DNA from: the human T2T-CHM13v2.0 reference genome, Homo sapiens
Assembly: GCF_009914755.1 (NCBI RefSeq)
Contig: NC_060939.1
Direction: 5' to 3' (one strand)
DNA: 64,000 nucleotides
Of the stretch, positions 11,517 through 24,981 are shown in pieces. The first letter of the stretch is position 1, and the number at the start of each line of letters is the position of its first letter. Made by a program: the position numbers and the translations under genes. The notes beneath the pieces are model-generated. The model saw only the letters and a program-made list of their open reading frames with translations, was not told the DNA's origin and ran no database searches.

Positions 11517-14079
11517 CTGTGGGGATGGGAAACTGCACAGTCAGAGACAGGCTGCCCCTACTTCCCAGGGAGGCGAGAATGCCAGGCTTCTGGCCAGACC
11601 TAGGAAGAAAGCCTGGCACAAGGATTCTCAGGTGGAGTCTGTGGTCATGGAGGGGAAGGGAGTGTGCATTTACTGAGTGCCTGCTGCATGCCGGGCACTT
11701 CATAGGCACGACCTCATTTTATCCTTCTGACAGCTCAAGGAGGCAAGTGTTCTTATTTCAGAAAAAAGAAAACTGAAGTCAGCAGCTATGAAGCACATCT
11801 GTCAGATTTTACAGTCTGAACTATGTAGAACAGACAGCAGGTGCAGCTCAGCACTGGGAAGGATATGGGAGCACAGGAGACATCCTGTGTTCATGACCCT
11901 GACCCTCATCCTTCTACCAGCCTTATTCCCATCCCAAGAGCAAAGCTCATTACTCCCTCAGGGCCTTTGCACTTGCTGTCTCTTCTTCTTGAATGCTCTT
12001 TCTCCAAATATTTGCATAATTGTGTCCTTAATATCGCTTGGGCCCTGAAATGGCTTACCTTTTGGAGCACCTGGCAATCCCGCTGGCTCAGGGGATGACT
12101 GACCTTAGCCTACTTCTGTAGGCTCTGGCCCTTCTGGGAGGGAATATAGACAACTCCCCAATTTCGCTCTCCGACTGCTGTAATACCCCTCCTCTCCAAG
12201 AGATGGCGCCATCCAATAGCTTTTACAAAATGGCGTTGGTGGGAAAAGGTGGGTGTTAGCTGCCAATTTTGCCTTGGTGGGTTTCCAGGAGTCTTGGGAA
12301 GGTAGAGGGGAATTTGGCAGTGGCAGGGTCTGGGGAGTGGGGAAGGGGGGCTTCTGGCAAAAGTACCCCACCTACTCCAAGCAAAGTACAAAACCTTTTA
12401 TCTGCTGCTGATGCCTGAATTTCCACAGTTAAGACCAACAAGAAGGCTGGTTAATATGTGCGGCTTACAAACTTCTCTCATAGACATTATTCAATTTAAA
12501 CCCCAAAACAAAGATGACACTGCCTCTTCCGGAGCTGGATCTGTGCTTAACTGAATCAGCATGACATTGACCAGACTCCTCAATCCCTCTGATCCTTAGT
12601 TTCCTCATCTACAGAATGCTGGGGCAAAGGTGGAATAAAAGGGATTTCAGGTACCCGTGCATGCTATGCCATGCCTGGCATGTGACAGCTGCTTAAATAA
12701 AGGGTAGTGGTGATTGTTGTTGCTATTATCATTGGTTGCAAAAGAGTTATTATTATCTTTCCTGGTTGAGGACATGCATTTTAGGCTTAAATTCACTAGA
12801 CTAGCCCTTTAATAAATGGACCAGGGCCTTTAGCTGGAGTCTCTTCCTTGGGAGCCTCAGTTTCCCCCTTTCTTCCCCAGCAATGCTCTTCTTGGAAGCC
12901 CAGACCCCTGCTTGATGTTTGAGAGGGAGGCACCTCTGGACACATGCTAGTTCCCTAGAGATGGATCCATTATGGAAATAGCCAATGGTAATTAAAACCA
13001 CTTCTCTTGATGAGGGTGGGGTTTTGCGGGGGAAGCCTGTGTTTGGTAAAACACAAGGCGGGTAATTCCAAGGTAGCAAAACTAGTTTTCCTGAGCAGCT
13101 GCAGTTTACACATTCTAAGTTCCAGCCCCAGGTGGGGGTCTGTGTTTGGGACCCATATGCGCACACAGCTGGGGAGCTCTGGGAAGGCGGTGGGAGTTTC
13201 AAGGTCGCGAGGCTCCTGGGAGCCCTGGAAATGATGATTTGGGTTATCAGCGAGCAGAGAATATAGGGGTCAGGATAAAAAGGTGGGAGGAAGGCCCAGT
13301 CCCCAGAGGTGGGGAGTGTTTCTGAGCGCAGCCTAGGAGGGGTTTGGCTATCTAATGGCTTCCTGCTTGTGGGAGCGTGAAAGGAGAATTAAAGGGATGC
13401 TGTCATGGTGATAGGAAAACCTTCTGTGCCACTTGGGCTGGGTTCAGGGCCAGGTACAGGCAGTTGGGTGGGAGGAAGGAAGAGTAGGCCATACACCTAG
13501 GATCCTGGGGATAAGGGATCAGGGTCTTATGTCAAATACCTTGGCACCATGTGCCACCTGCAGCTCTGTTTGCAACAGGATAGGATATCCCTCAGCAAGG
13601 AGGAGCCTGCTGCCTTACCGGAGTCCCAAACCTTCTCCCTTGGGGAAGAGTGTGCGGGATTTGGATCCCTGGGCATGGGAGGACTGGAGTCCCTCCACCT
13701 TCCTGCTTGGTGGTTTCGTTACTCTGCAATCACACCCTGATGACATCCTTGCCCTGATTCTCCACTCAGGTGTGCAACTTGGCTGGGTCATGGAAGGATC
13801 GGGGGCAGCCTATACCCTGTGCTGTCCCTCCCTCCACCCAGCTGGGAGCTGTGGCCTGGTTGGCTGCCCCTTGCCGGCCTCAGGAAGACTTTTAGGGCAC
13901 TGAGTGTTTGGCAGTGCCCCGGGTAGGGCCGGGGCTGGATCCCAGGCCCTGCAGACTGACCTTCTTTGTAGCCCTTGGCAGCCTAGTTCTGACCACAAGG
14001 CCCTCCCTCATCTCTTGGTCTTCACAGGGTGCATACCCCCGGGCTCAGCTTCTGGTTCTCATCTTTTTCCTGCCCAAGC

Positions 14080-14500
14080 TAATTCCCTTGGCGGTCTCAC
14101 CAGTGCTGTCGCTTTAAACACCATCTGCAAGCTGATGATTGCCGGATTTCTCTTTCCCCTCTGCTCCAGACTCAAATTCCCCAGTCCCTTCTTGTCATCT
14201 ACACTTGGACATTGAATTGGCACCTAAGTTCAACATGCTCCCAAGAAAGCTCCTGAACTCCCCTCCAGACCTGTCCCTCCTGCAGTTTTCTCCAGCTCGG
14301 TTGATGGCACCTCCGCCCTCTGGTGGCTCAGCCCCACATCCTGGAATCACCCTTGACTCTAGTCTTTCTCTTTCCACATCAAATCCATCAGAAAATCCTG
14401 TTGGTTCCACCTTCAAAATGCATCCAGGACCTGAACCTCTTCCTGGAACCTCTTCCTGGATGACCACAGTCATCTGCTGCCTGGGGTGCTGCAAGAGCCC
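14080..14500 (+). mobile_element. L2 LINE fragment (approximate ends)
   Basis: L2-like motifs: gctttaaacaccatctgcaagctgatga...cttgactctagtctttctc...caccttcaaaatgcatccagga. Confidence 0.65.
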
Positions 14501-15056
14501 CCTCCGTGCTCCCCTGTGTCTGCCCTTGCAGAGGAAGCTTCCCTCTGGGCTTCAGGGGCTGAAAGAGGGCCAGGTGAGGGGCCTTGACCAGAGGACAGGG
14601 GCACTAGATTGGACAAGCCATGTGCTTATCCAACCACTGCCACTACCTGCCTCTGGTTAACTAGAGCCTTGGGCACATGAGGGCCTGTCACCCAGGACCC
14701 CCTCTGGGCCTCCTATGGCCACAGGTTTTGACACATTGACACTGGAGAGCAGAGAGTGCCTGGGAGTCATGGACAGTCCCTCTCCTGGGAGGTGTTGAGT
14801 GCCCAGGGCCCTCCCTCGGGCCCTATCTGTGCCAGGGATAGCACAGCACCCACTATTCCTGCCTACCGGGGCTTGAGTTGTAACCCCCTCAGGACCACTC
14901 CAGGGGCCTCTGCTTTGAGCTGTGGCAAGCTGTGCCCCTCCCTTACAATCCCCATCTGAACTCAAGCTTTGTCAGGGGTTCAGCGAACTCCTGGTGAGGG
15001 GCACCCTCAGCCCTGCCCTGTCTGCCGGTCTGGTGCACTGAAGAGCCAGGCCTCAC

Positions 15057-15166
15057 CTGGACAGCTCCTCCAGTTTGGACTTGGCGTAGTCCAGGCTGTT
15101 GCGCTCAACGTGCTCATGAGGCGTGTGGGCCAGGAGCTCATGGAGGGTCAGGATGTACCTGGGGAT
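15057..15166 (-). CDS. RASGRF1: RASGRF1 exon 8 (110 nt), DH CR3: [36 protein letters not shown]
   Basis: Acceptor cctgcccgcag|ATC, donor AG|gtgagg, phase 0 to 2. Completes the DH signature P-x-x-Q-I-P-R-Y-x-L. Confidence 0.96.
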
Positions 15167-15244
15167 CTGCGGGCAGGTGGGAGAGGTGAGGGTGGAGAAA
15201 GAGCCAGGGAAGTATGGCCGGGGAGCAAGGCAGGGGCAGACAGG

Positions 15245-15367
15245 GAGTGAGCAAGAGAGAGAGAGAAAGAGGGAGAGGGAGAGGGAGAGGAAGGGAGGGA
15301 GGGAGGGAGAGAGGGAGGGAGAGAGAGGTGGCGAGGGCGGGGGAAAGGGGGAGAGAGAGAGAGAGAG
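15245..15367. repeat. (GA/GGGA)n purine tract (CU-rich in the pre-mRNA) upstream of the exon 8 acceptor
   Basis: Direct inspection. Confidence 0.9.
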
Positions 15368-15779
15368 CGCGTGAGCATGGGGTGCGGGCCAGGGGAGAGA
15401 GAGCACGAGGGGGTGGTGGGAGAGAGAAAATGGTTCTTTTAGCCCAGAGGACTTCCATGAGCAGAACTGAGGAAGGAGATAGGCTGCCCTTTGGTCACAG
15501 ACTCTAACTTGGAGGCTCTTCCAGGGTCTTGTCTAGGGCTCTGCTCTGGCTGAGGGTGGGGTGGGGTGCTCAGGAGCCAGGAGAGAAAGGTGGCGTGGAC
15601 AGGCCCACAGTCAGCTTGCCCTGCACCCAGCATTGTCGGCTGCTGGCCCTGACCACCTCCCCCGCCCCCTTTGGCAGCCCAGAGCTGGGGTGCGTTAAGC
15701 ACTGTGCCCCCACCGCCATGGTCCATCCCCCACGCCTGCCTCCCTGACTCTACCCCACCCAGGCAGGGCCGGACGCCAC

Positions 15780-15973
15780 CTGGAACATGGGGTAGGTGAG
15801 GAAGGTCTCCAGCGTCCTCTCCTCGCAGTCAGGCTTGGCCTCGTAGTGCTTCAGCAGCTTGTCGAAGTCACGGTTCTGCTTGCAGTGGGCCAGGATCTGC
15901 AGGCTGTACTGGTGGTTGCGGACGAACTCTTGGTAGATGTTGAGCATGGGCAGCAGGATGTCAAATAGGTCAG
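15780..15973 (-). CDS. RASGRF1: RASGRF1 exon 7 (194 nt), DH domain: (A)[23 protein letters not shown]...[11 protein letters not shown]
   Basis: Acceptor ccttccag|CT, donor CAG|gtggcg (weak +3 to +6), phase 1 to 0. Confidence 0.96.
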
Positions 15974-16895
15974 CTGGAAGGACGAGGCAGTCAGCGGGTG
16001 GCTAGGGCAGCTTGGTGGGGACAGAATCCCCTAGGCCCTTGGCTCCCCCAGCTACACCCAGAGAGGCCAGGGGCCAGGTTCAAGTTCCCCACCCCAGAGA
16101 CATCTCTGCTCTTGGGGATGACTCCAGTACCACTGCCCTATCCAGTGCTAGTAGGTGGGCCCCCATCATTGGGACCACATTAGAATCACAGACTCTTAGA
16201 GACGTGGGGCCCTGTCTAGTCGACACTTGTGATGGGAGTGTCAGAGAGAGGAGGTAGAGTGGGCGCTGTGGGGTGCCACCTGGATCCCCCCAGCTGCCAG
16301 GAGTGCTGGTGGCCGATGGCTGTCAGCTGGGTCCCTCTCCAGGCATTGCCCTCAGCTGGAGGAAGCTGCCTTGCCTGGTCTGTCCTCCTGCTTCAATTCA
16401 GGACACCAGTGTGAGGTCACCCCTTCTCCAGAGCTTCCTGTGGGGTCGGCTGAGGCTTCTGTTGCAGCTGGAAGGCTGCCCAGTTCCTCCCTCTGCCTGT
16501 CCCCGTGCCCTATGGTGCTATGGCCTAGGACACTCCCCAAGAGGCCACCCTCCCTCCTGCAGTCTCCGTCCTGAGACAGAAGTGGCCTATCTGAGGTCAC
16601 AGGGCAAGTCAGCAGCCGGCCTGGGGCTGGGTCTCCTGACCTCCTGATTCCAGGGATTTCCTACCATATGACACATGAGTCTCTGCTCCTTCGTTCATCT
16701 GCCATTGTCCAAGCAGGGCTTCCAGGCTCTGCATTATCTAGTTCACCAGGTGGGGCCCTTTCTGCCTATAGTTCTGTCTCAAGCTTCCTGGGTATATACT
16801 TTGCCTTTCCAGTGCCCCCAAGTCCCAACCAATCTCCCCAAATCTGCCCTTCAACGATTTGATAGGCTGGGATGGGGTCATGTGAAACATCTTCC

Positions 16896-17207
<312 letters not shown>

Positions 17208-17220
17208 TTGAAACATCTTC

Positions 17221-17572
<352 letters not shown>

Positions 17573-17899
17573 TAAGAAAGGAAACATGGTTTCCTTGTAA
17601 TCAACTTTAGAGGGTAGCTCATGTGATGGGTGTCTGACCACCTGACGGACAATGTCTTCAACAATGCAACTGCAGAATATGCGGACCCCATCTTTCTAAG
17701 GACACCTTATTTTGACCTTAGAGAAAAACACGGGTCTTTGACTTGAGAAAAATAATAGTGCCTACTTCCCCCTGGGAAGCCTCCATGCCTGAGGGCAAGG
17801 GAGCTCTGGAGAGCCAGGCCTGGGTCTGCTCTGTGCCCTCCACCTATGCAGCCTTTGCTATTCCTTTACTTCCCTAAGCCATTTTCTTTGCCTCCATCA

Positions 17900-18570
17900 T
17901 GGAGATGACACCAACACTCACCTTTATCTACCAAATTAAGAAAGTGAAAAAAAAAAAGAAAGACATTTGGTGTAGGTTGAGGGTGAGATGCAGGAGGTTC
18001 TTCTGTCTGTTGCTTGTGGAACTAGAGCAGTGCAGCCATCTTGGAGAACAATGGGACAATATGTATGAAGCAAGAGCTTTTCACATGTTTGGATTCTTTG
18101 TTTTAGCAATTCTGCTCATTGGAAACCCATCCCAAGGAAATGATCTCTAATATGGAGAAAATTTCTTATGAAGAGATGATTACTTCTAACAATAAAAAAT
18201 TGGAACAACTCTAAGAGCCAACCATAGCAGATGGTTAGATAAATGACAGTGCCTTCATGGGTACTGGAGTATTACACAGCGATCAAAAAGCATGCTTTTG
18301 GCATGAGAAAATGCTTATGGGATAATGCTAAGTAAAAGAAAAAAAAAAACAACACACAGCAAGATACAAATTCTATATTCAGTATGTTTGCAATTATGTA
18401 AAGTGGAAAAAAACCCAAGATCTATGCACAGAAAAAAATTGGAAGAAAACACACCAAAGTGTTTGTAGTGGTTATCTTTGGGAAGCAGAACTATGCTTGA
18501 TATTTTTAAACATTTTCTACTTTTATGGGTTCTCAATTTTTCTGAAATGGATGTGTATACATTCTTTATA
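17900..18570 (+). mobile_element. Old L1 (L1M-type) 3' fragment (approximate)
   Basis: A-rich degenerate L1 3' motifs: ttagcaattctgctcattggaa, gatggttagataaatgacagt, ggagtattacacagcgatcaaaaag. Confidence 0.6.
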
Positions 18571-18789
18571 AAAGGGGAAAGTGGATAGGAAACTAAAAAT
18601 ATATCATTTCCTCTTAGAAATACAGCATTTGCCAACTTGTCTTTTCTCTTCTGCCCCCTCTGAGGGATTCTGTGGGTTTTAAAAAGTGACACTCTATTAT
18701 GCTCTAGAAGGACAAAACTGCCCCAGGCTTTTGGGGTGGCCCCTGGAGGGGGACTTCTCTGGGGGCCGCAGTGAGGGCTGACTACTCAC

Positions 18790-18869
18790 CCAGGACCAGC
18801 GTGGGCCAGCTGGAGATGCGGGCCTTCAGGCCTTGGTAAAAGATCTGATGTAAAAACATGATGGTTTCG
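18790..18869 (-). CDS. RASGRF1: RASGRF1 exon 6 (80 nt), DH domain: (S)[26 protein letters not shown]
   Basis: Acceptor ttctctttcag|C, donor G|gtgagt, phase 2 to 1. Not seen in this frame in the ORF track; translated by hand. Confidence 0.95.
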
Positions 18870-20893
18870 CTGAAAGAGAAAGCACAGGGTCAGCTCTGCC
18901 CCAGGGACTTCCTGCTGCTCCAGAGGTGACTGTCCCCAAACCTCCTGCGTGACTTCAGCAGCGAACCCTTTTCTCATGTGAGACCTTAACGTGAAAACTG
19001 CATCGGCAGGATGGATCATATAATCTGGGGGTGCCTGGTGGTGCTAAATGAGAATGCAGGCCCCTGGTTAAAGAATCACTAAGCATTCCCAGATGGTGAC
19101 AGCACAGCATTAAATCAAGCCCAGGCTCGTCTATGCATGGGGTGGCACATCCACGGGCCGGCAGAGGGCAGGGAGCTGCTCTGGCCAGTGGCCTCTGTCT
19201 CCTCAAGTCCCGGCCTGCTGGGCCCCACACCCCCTCCCCCAAGGTATCTTGGAGGAAACCAGGGCTCTGGCAAACACGAGTAAAAGCCATGGATCAACGG
19301 AAGAGCTAGAGTTTGGGATTAGCACAGAGGGGGGCTGAAATCTGCCTGATGCCCCTTCCCGGCTGTGAGACCATGAATAAGTTATCTAAGGTCTCCCAGC
19401 CTCGAGTCCTTCTGTGTAAAATATGAAGGTGAAATGAGGAATCCCCTGGAAGCAATGGGACAATTCGAGTGCCCAGTGCACAGGAGACGCTCAGAAAACG
19501 CTAGTTTCCCAACACCCAGTGACCGCCCCCGCTGTTTGGAATCAAAGTCAGAGAAGCCAAAAGACCCAGAGTCCCGCTGCTTGCAAAGCCCCTGTTTTGT
19601 CGCCACGTAACGTGCTGAACTCGTATTCTCATTGGCAGCTTAGCGCGGGCTGGGTACAGGCAGCCACATTTGCCCGGCCTTCCCCCCAACCCGTTTTCCA
19701 TCCACTGCTCCCCAAGCAGCTGGTCCCAGAACACAGTCCGGGCGTCTCCTCTCCCAGGACAAGCTGTGAGGACTGAGAGAACACCAGAGCGAGGCGGCTT
19801 CTGCTGCTTCCTGAAGGCACTCCTATTCCTTCCTGCCCAACCATTTTCCCTCTGCTCCTTAGCTCCTACCGCCTTGGAGACGTGGGGGTTTTCCCCAGAT
19901 GCCCCCTAGGCTCTTTGTGGTACACTCCATTTATGGATAGGAAAACTGAGGCCCAGAGAGAGAAAGTGAGTACCTCAGGAGTCAGGGACAGCCCTGAGCC
20001 TTTGGGCCGGACCCTCTCTGTCCCTGGAATGTTCTCCTGTCTTTCTTTGGCGGCATTCTCCACTGTGTGCTCTGGGCTCCCTCCCGCCTCTGTTTCTCCA
20101 CTGCTTTGTTTGGCTGTTTGAGGCACCTGGTGTTTCCCACCTTGGGGTGCTGGCCCTTCTCCCAGCAGTTTGTGCTCTGAGGCAGCCCTCCTCCATCTCA
20201 CTGTCTTAGCACAATGAGAGCCAAGGGTGGAAGACATTTGGTGAGCACAGAGATGCTCCAGCATTGAGGCGGTGGGGGGCAGGGCACAGGGGCCAGTTGA
20301 TGGAGGGGGCTCAGAGGTTAGAGGCTCAGGACCCCAGAGGGATGTGAAATGTCCTGCTCATGCCTGCTTTGCAGAGAAACAGGTAGGGTGGGGAGACAGA
20401 GGATGTGAGAGAGATAGCAAGAGAGAGAAAGGGGTGAGGGAGATAAGAGAGGAAGGGAGGAAGAAAGGGAGGGAGAGAGAACAGAACAGAACACAACACC
20501 TCCAGGCTAAAGGGCGAAACTAGCAACTGCATTCCAGAGAATATACAGAAAGAAAGGAAAACTGAGAAAGACCGAAACCAATGCGAACTTAAAAATCCAA
20601 GCAGAGAAGACTTTGAGCTCTCACTTCTGAGTGTGGATCCCACCAGTATTGTGAATTGTCTATCATCTCCCTAAAGTTCCAAGAGAGACAGTCCCTCCAG
20701 GTATAGCAACTTCTTATGACCCTTGGTAAGGCTGGTTTCTGTCTGGCTCTGACCCCCAAACGAGTTTGTTGAATGGATAAATGTTCCAATTTTAAGAATT
20801 TTGGGAGTCCACATGTGAAGACCCTTCAAAATGTCCAGTAGCAAGAGACCAACCCAGGGGTGCATGAGAGTGCAGAGAAGGAAGAATGTCTGA

Positions 20894-21825
<932 letters not shown>

Positions 21826-22696
21826 ATATATAGGATCTTGACATATGTCTAGATCCTTTTAGATAACCCTGAGTACTGCCATGGCAAGAGTTAGGCTAGC
21901 CATTCCCAGACAGCTTCAGCACAGCAGACAACTGTTCAGGATGGACCAGGGAGGAAATGAACCTTCTTATATCCCAATACTGCACATGCCTGTGTAGCAG
22001 CATATCAGGAACATCATAAGCTAGAATTATAAAAATTTAGTTGATGAAGCCTCCATTTATAAGGTTAAATTTAAAGAATTTCACTTGTAATCCTACTACT
22101 CAGAAATTACTATCATTGCCCAGCCAACTAAAAAAATTATCTCATATTGACTTGATTTGCTTAAAAAAATCAAATTATTAATGGGTTGGTTGAACATTTT
22201 TCTTATATATTGGCCATTTGTATTTCTTTTTAAAAAATTGCCTAGTCATGTTCATTGCTATTTTCTCTCTTATTAATCTTCTCTCTTATTAATTTTAAAT
22301 AACTATATTAAGTGTATAGTCTGACATCTATGTTGTAGACATCTTTGCTCAGCTATTTGCCTGTTGATTTTGTGTCTGGTGTTATTCTGAAGTTTTTCCA
22401 TTTTTCCTTGTAAGGCAGACCATTTTCTTTCTGCTTGGCTTGGGGAATCATATCTTTCCCCACTCCCAAACTGCTTACATACTCACATATATATTATTTT
22501 ATTGTTTCATTTTTACATGTAAATACTTAACTATTGTTTGCTTTGGTGTACGATATGAATAAGGGAGATAGACATAGCCTTTCCCTCAGTTTGGTTAGCC
22601 AATTGTCAATTCTGGCTAACCAATTAGCCAGATTAACCAATTAATCAAATATACCAGCTTTTTACTAGGCTGGTTTTTCATAGTTACCAAATTCTT

Positions 22697-22986
22697 GCCA
22701 GGTGAGGTGGCTCACGCCTGTAATGTCAGCACTTTGGGAGGCTGAGGCAGGAGGATCGCTTGAGTCTGGGCACTATAGGGAGACCCCGTCTCTACAAAAA
22801 ATAAAAAAAATTAGCCAGGAATGGTGGTGCACACTGGTGGTCCCAGCTACTAAGGAGGTTGAGAGGGTGGCTTGAGCCCAGGAGGCAGAGGCTGGCAGTG
22901 AGCCAAGATCACATCACTGCACTCCAGCCTGGGCAACAGAGTGAGACCCTGTCTCAAAAAAAAAAAAAAAAAAAAAAAAAAGAAAA
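22697..22986 (+). mobile_element. AluJ-like
   Basis: gaggatcgcttgag and gcttgagcccaggagg diagnostics, long A tail, aaattct flanks. Confidence 0.9.
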
Positions 22987-23430
22987 ATTCTAATATATGC
23001 TTAAGTCTCTTTCTGGACTTTCTATTTTATTTTGTTGATCTTGGATTAGTCTTAGGTTGTTTTTGTTATTTTACAATATATTTATAAGCCTTTATAATAT
23101 ATTTTAATTACAGGTGGGGAATTCTTTCATTGTTGTTTTTTAAGAACATTATCTGTTTGTATGCATTCATTCTTCCAATTGAATGTTAAAATCATTTTGC
23201 TAGGCTGCACTTTGATTGGTATTACATTAAATTTACAGAATATTTTGGGTGAAATGACATCTTTACGACACACATCTTTTCATCCAGGTGCATCTCTCTA
23301 CTTTACTGTGTCTTTGTTTATGCGTCATCACATAGGTCCTGTGTTTCTTCCTAGACAGTTTATGTTCTTGTTGCTATTTCTCATAGTATATTTTCTAAGT
23401 GGCTGCTGTAGATATAGGGAAAAACTACTG

Positions 23431-23719
23431 ATTTTTCTTTTTTTTTGAGACAGGGTCTTGCTCTGTCCCCCAGACTGGAGTATGGTGGTGTGATCTCGGC
23501 TCACTGTAGCCTCGGCCTCCTGGGCTCAAGTGATCTTCCCACCTTAGCCTCCTGAGAAGCTGGGACTACAGGTGTGTACCACCATGACATTCTAATTTTA
23601 AGTTTTCTGTAGAGATGGGATCTCCCTATGTTGCCCGGGCTGGCCTTGAATTCCTGGCTAAAGCAATCCTTCTGCCTCGAAAGTGCAGGGATTAGAGGCA
23701 TGAGTCACTGTGCCCAGCC
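23431..23719 (-). mobile_element. AluJ-like
   Basis: gagacagggtcttgctctgtc...ctcctgggctcaagtgatc, with tgatttt flanks. Confidence 0.9.
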
Positions 23720-24730
23720 TGATTTTGCTTATATTTTAACAACATGAACTCCTAATAGTTTTTAGGACTTTTTTTTTATTGACCCTGACCTCGGGTCTAC
23801 CCCACAGAGCTGCTTCTCCTCCTTCTCTTCTCATTAAATAGCAGCCCTTCCCACCAGCCTCTCAGACGGAACCTGGGAATCACCTATCACCCCCTCCCCC
23901 CTTCATCCCTATATCTACTCCATCAAAGTTGCTGATTCTGCTGTCTTCTGTCTGTTGCATCTGCCACCCCTGTCACCTCTGCCTAGACTGTTGTCAGTGG
24001 GCCCCTAACTGGTCTTTTGCTTCCACTCTTGCCCCTGGTCCACCCATTCTCTACATAGTGGATTCATCTCTTAAAAATTGAATCTAATCAGGGGGAGTGG
24101 CCTTAACTTGGCCTTCAACACCCTGTAGGAACTGCCTCTGTCTGTCTCATGGGCTACTCCCTCTTCCCTATGCCCTCTTACCATTCTGGCCTTCTGTTCC
24201 CTGGATTTGCTTTCTTCTGCCTTAGGGCCTTTGCACAGGCCATTCCCTTTGCTCTCACCACCCCCTTTGTTCACATAGCTCTTCTACTTATCAGAGCGAG
24301 AGTGAGAGCTAGAGAGAGAGAGAGAGAGAGTCTGTACACACACAAATGTGCTATTTTTAAAATCAAGTTTTGGTAAAAAAAAATTGGGAAGTTTTCCACT
24401 TTTATCATATGTTCTATAACAGTTTAAATAAAAATGATTGATTCTTTTAAAATGCCAAGTTCATTGCAACTCTTTAAGGGGAATATACCATGCACCTTTC
24501 TCAAATCTACATGACCCCTTGAAGATGGAATACCTGATAACATCTTGCGGAGCTAGTGTTCCATTCACTCATTCAACACATAGTGATTGAGTACCTACTA
24601 GGTTTCAGGCACTTGCTCAGACAGTGGTCTCCCTGTGTCTAACTCCAGCAATGATAAAAACAGAAATAGTCCCCATCAAGGCTGCTGGATGCACAATTCT
24701 AGTAGGCACCATTCACAGTCTAGTGTATGC

Positions 24731-24981
24731 CAGGGGTTGGCAAAGTATAGCTCATGGGCCAAATCTAGCATAGCTGCTGTTTTTGCGTGGCCTGAGAGCT
24801 TAGAATAATTTTTACATTTTTAAATGGTTGAAAACAAAAGAAAAGTTTTATTGTAATATAGCCACACTCATTTGTTTTTGGATTATCTGTGACTGCTTGG
24901 TTGTAACAGAAATGGTATGTCCCACAAAGTCTAAATCATTTGCTATCTGGCTCTTTACAGAATAAAGTCCACCCACCCCTG
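24731..24981 (+). mobile_element. MER58-type hAT-Charlie MITE
   Basis: caggggttggcaaa...gggccaaatc ... tatctggctctttacagaa...cccctg. Confidence 0.75.
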
